Origin: an uncultured Nitrospiraceae bacterium
GTDB taxonomy: Bacteria; Nitrospirota; Nitrospiria; Nitrospirales; Nitrospiraceae
Direction of reading: 5' to 3'
NCBI GenBank assembly: GCA_963846575.1
Contig: CAWJWJ010000002.1
Span: forward strand, 1,760,001-1,824,000
Length of the DNA: 64,000 nucleotides
The notes beneath the pieces were generated by a model. The model ran no database searches, had not been told where the DNA came from, and was given only the letters and a program-made list of their open reading frames with translations. The number at the start of each line of letters is the position of its first letter. Positions within the stretch are counted from its first letter, which is position 1. Shown one piece after another: positions 62,306 through 64,000 of the stretch. Position numbers and translations under genes: made by a program.

Positions 62306-63859
62306 CTAGTGCCGGAAGTGCCGCATGCCCGTCATGATCATGGCCATTCCATGTTCATCGACTGCCTTGGTCACCTCGGGATCACGGATTGAGCCGCCCG
62401 GTTGGATGACACAGGTGATTCCCGCCTCCGCCGCTGCGTCGACCCCGTCGCGAAAGGGGAAGAACGCATCGGACGCCATGACGCACCCTTTCACGGTCGA
62501 CTGGGCCTTCATGACGGCGAGCTTCACGGAATCGACCCGGCTCATTTGCCCCGCGCCGATCCCCACAATTTCACCGGGTCGACCATAGACGATGGCGTTG
62601 GACTTCACGTGCTTACAGACGACCCAGGCGAACGCGCAGGCCGCATATTCTTCTGCCGTCGGCTTTCGGGACGTCGGTACCGCCAACGCCTTAATGTCAC
62701 TGAGCATTCCCAGATCCCGATCCTGCACGATCAACCCGCCGACTAATTTTTTCAGATCGTATCCCTCTGCGGTGGCCTTGGTGAGCGGCCCCACATCCAG
62801 AAGCCGGATATCTTTCTTGCGTTTGAGTTCGGACAGGGCGTCCTCGGCAAACCCCGGCGCGATGACGACTTCGACAAAGGTCGAGGTGATCTCCTTGGCG
62901 ACCGCCAGATCGACGGGACGATTGAATGCAATCACCCCGCCAAATGCTGAGACCGGATCGGTGGCGCGCGCCTTCACGTACGCTTCGACGGGCGTCGTGC
63001 CCAACGCACAACCGCAGGGATTGTTGTGCTTGATAATCGCGACGGCGGTCTGCTCGAACTCTTTCACCAGTTCGAGGGCCGAATTGGAATCCAGAAAATT
63101 ATTGTAGGACATCGCCTTGCCGTGCAGAATTTTTCCGCGCGACACGGCGGGCTCCTTCGCCATGAGTTCACGATAGAACGCACCCTGCTGATGCGGGTTC
63201 TCTCCGTACCGCAGCGTCTCCACCCGCTCGAACTGCATCGACAGGATGGCGGGGAACTTGACTTCGCCGCCCTGCACCTGCTTCTCCAGGTATCCTGCGA
63301 TGAGGCTGTCGTATCGAGCCGTATGTTGAAACACCTTCATGGCCAGTTCGCGCCGCAACGCCGGAGTCACGGAGCCGGCCTTCAACGCTTCGAGCACCCG
63401 GCCGTAGTCGGCGGGGTCCACAAGGACCAGGACGTCCCCATGATTCTTCGCCGCGGACCGCAGCATGGAGGGGCCACCAATGTCGATATTCTCAATGGCC
63501 TCCTCGAACGGGCAATTCGGCTTGGCGATGGTCGATTCAAAGGGGTAGAGATTGACGACAACCACATCGATGTTGCCAATCCCATGCTGCTGCATCTGTG
63601 CCACATGGTCGGGAACTCCCCGACGACCCAGCAGCCCGCCGTGAATTTTGGGGTGCAACGTTTTAACGCGACCATCCAGAATCTCCGGGGACCCGGTGTA
63701 GGCGGCCACGTCGGTCACCGCGATGCCAGCCTCTCGCAGGGCCTTAGCGGTTCCGCCGGTCGAAAGTACTTCCGCTCCGAGAGCCGCCAGCCCCTTGGCC
63801 ATCTCGACCACTCCTGTTTTGTCAGAAACACTGATCAGTGCCCGCGCGATGCTGGCCAT
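62306..63859 (-). CDS. purH: Bifunctional AICAR transformylase/IMP cyclohydrolase
   Basis: [49 protein letters not shown]. Confidence 0.98.
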   Translation of the reverse strand: MASIARALISVSDKTGVVEMAKGLAALGAEVLSTGGTAKALREAGIAVTDVAAYTGSPEILDGRVKTLHPKIHGGLLGRRGVPDHVAQMQQHGIGNIDVVVVNLYPFESTIAKPNCPFEEAIENIDIGGPSMLRSAAKNHGDVLVLVDPADYGRVLEALKAGSVTPALRRELAMKVFQHTARYDSLIAGYLEKQVQGGEVKFPAILSMQFERVETLRYGENPHQQGAFYRELMAKEPAVSRGKILHGKAMSYNNFLDSNSALELVKEFEQTAVAIIKHNNPCGCALGTTPVEAYVKARATDPVSAFGGVIAFNRPVDLAVAKEITSTFVEVVIAPGFAEDALSELKRKKDIRLLDVGPLTKATAEGYDLKKLVGGLIVQDRDLGMLSDIKALAVPTSRKPTAEEYAACAFAWVVCKHVKSNAIVYGRPGEIVGIGAGQMSRVDSVKLAVMKAQSTVKGCVMASDAFFPFRDGVDAAAEAGITCVIQPGGSIRDPEVTKAVDEHGMAMIMTGMRHFRH

Positions 63860-64000
63860 GATGAACTCCTTCACGTATCAATAGTCATGTTGGGTGGGAA
63901 AATCGTAGACGAAAAGCGGCGTGAGAATACCAGATGGGCCAAAGCCACTGCAAGCCAAAGGACATTTTCGCATGTCGAGCCTCCTCCCTCGCAGGCGATA

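Noticed and set aside
63860..64000. ZMP/ZTP riboswitch upstream of purH
   Set aside because: No recognisable consensus (GACTGGCG...GTGG...CCAC...CGCCTGGG). A plausible promoter (TTGCAG-N18-TATTCT) leaves only a short leader.

Overview
A GC-rich bacterial chromosomal window, densely coding and mostly core genome. The gene content and protein styles suggest Nitrospira (phylum Nitrospirota); this is inference. Main blocks: (1) 1-12.5 kb has a Memo-family protein with a PqqD/RRE-like N-terminus, a cyclophilin, an MFS transporter, an AsmA-like protein, an Xaa-Pro peptidase, a type-E-like SdhB/FrdB and archease-RtcB. (2) 12.5-22.4 kb is a signalling/redox patch: PilZ, an orphan periplasmic sensor, REC-PAS-GGDEF-EAL, a TPR-2OG-Fe(II) oxygenase-like fusion, sthA, HDOD, a CCG-domain SdhE/HdrB-like protein and a cupin. 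(3) A Crp/Fnr regulator and an animal-type transketolase. (4) A PyrR-attenuated pyrR-pyrB-pyrC-DUF4149-carA-sppA-M48-carB-greA-DUF62 run, with apparent frameshifts in sppA and M48. (5) An orphan RND adaptor, an OMP-like protein and bioA. (6) lepA-lepB-rfaE1-kdsB-pyrG-kdsA-kdsD-pgsA-plsY-TrkA_C-degP. (7) A GTPase-degenerate EF-G paralog, radC, a zinc-ribbon microprotein behind a sigma54-like promoter, rsmD-coaD-aspC, an FmdB-type protein, tsaC, purD and purH. I saw no rRNA, tRNA, CRISPR array or mobile element. All product calls come from recognising motifs by eye; no database search was run.
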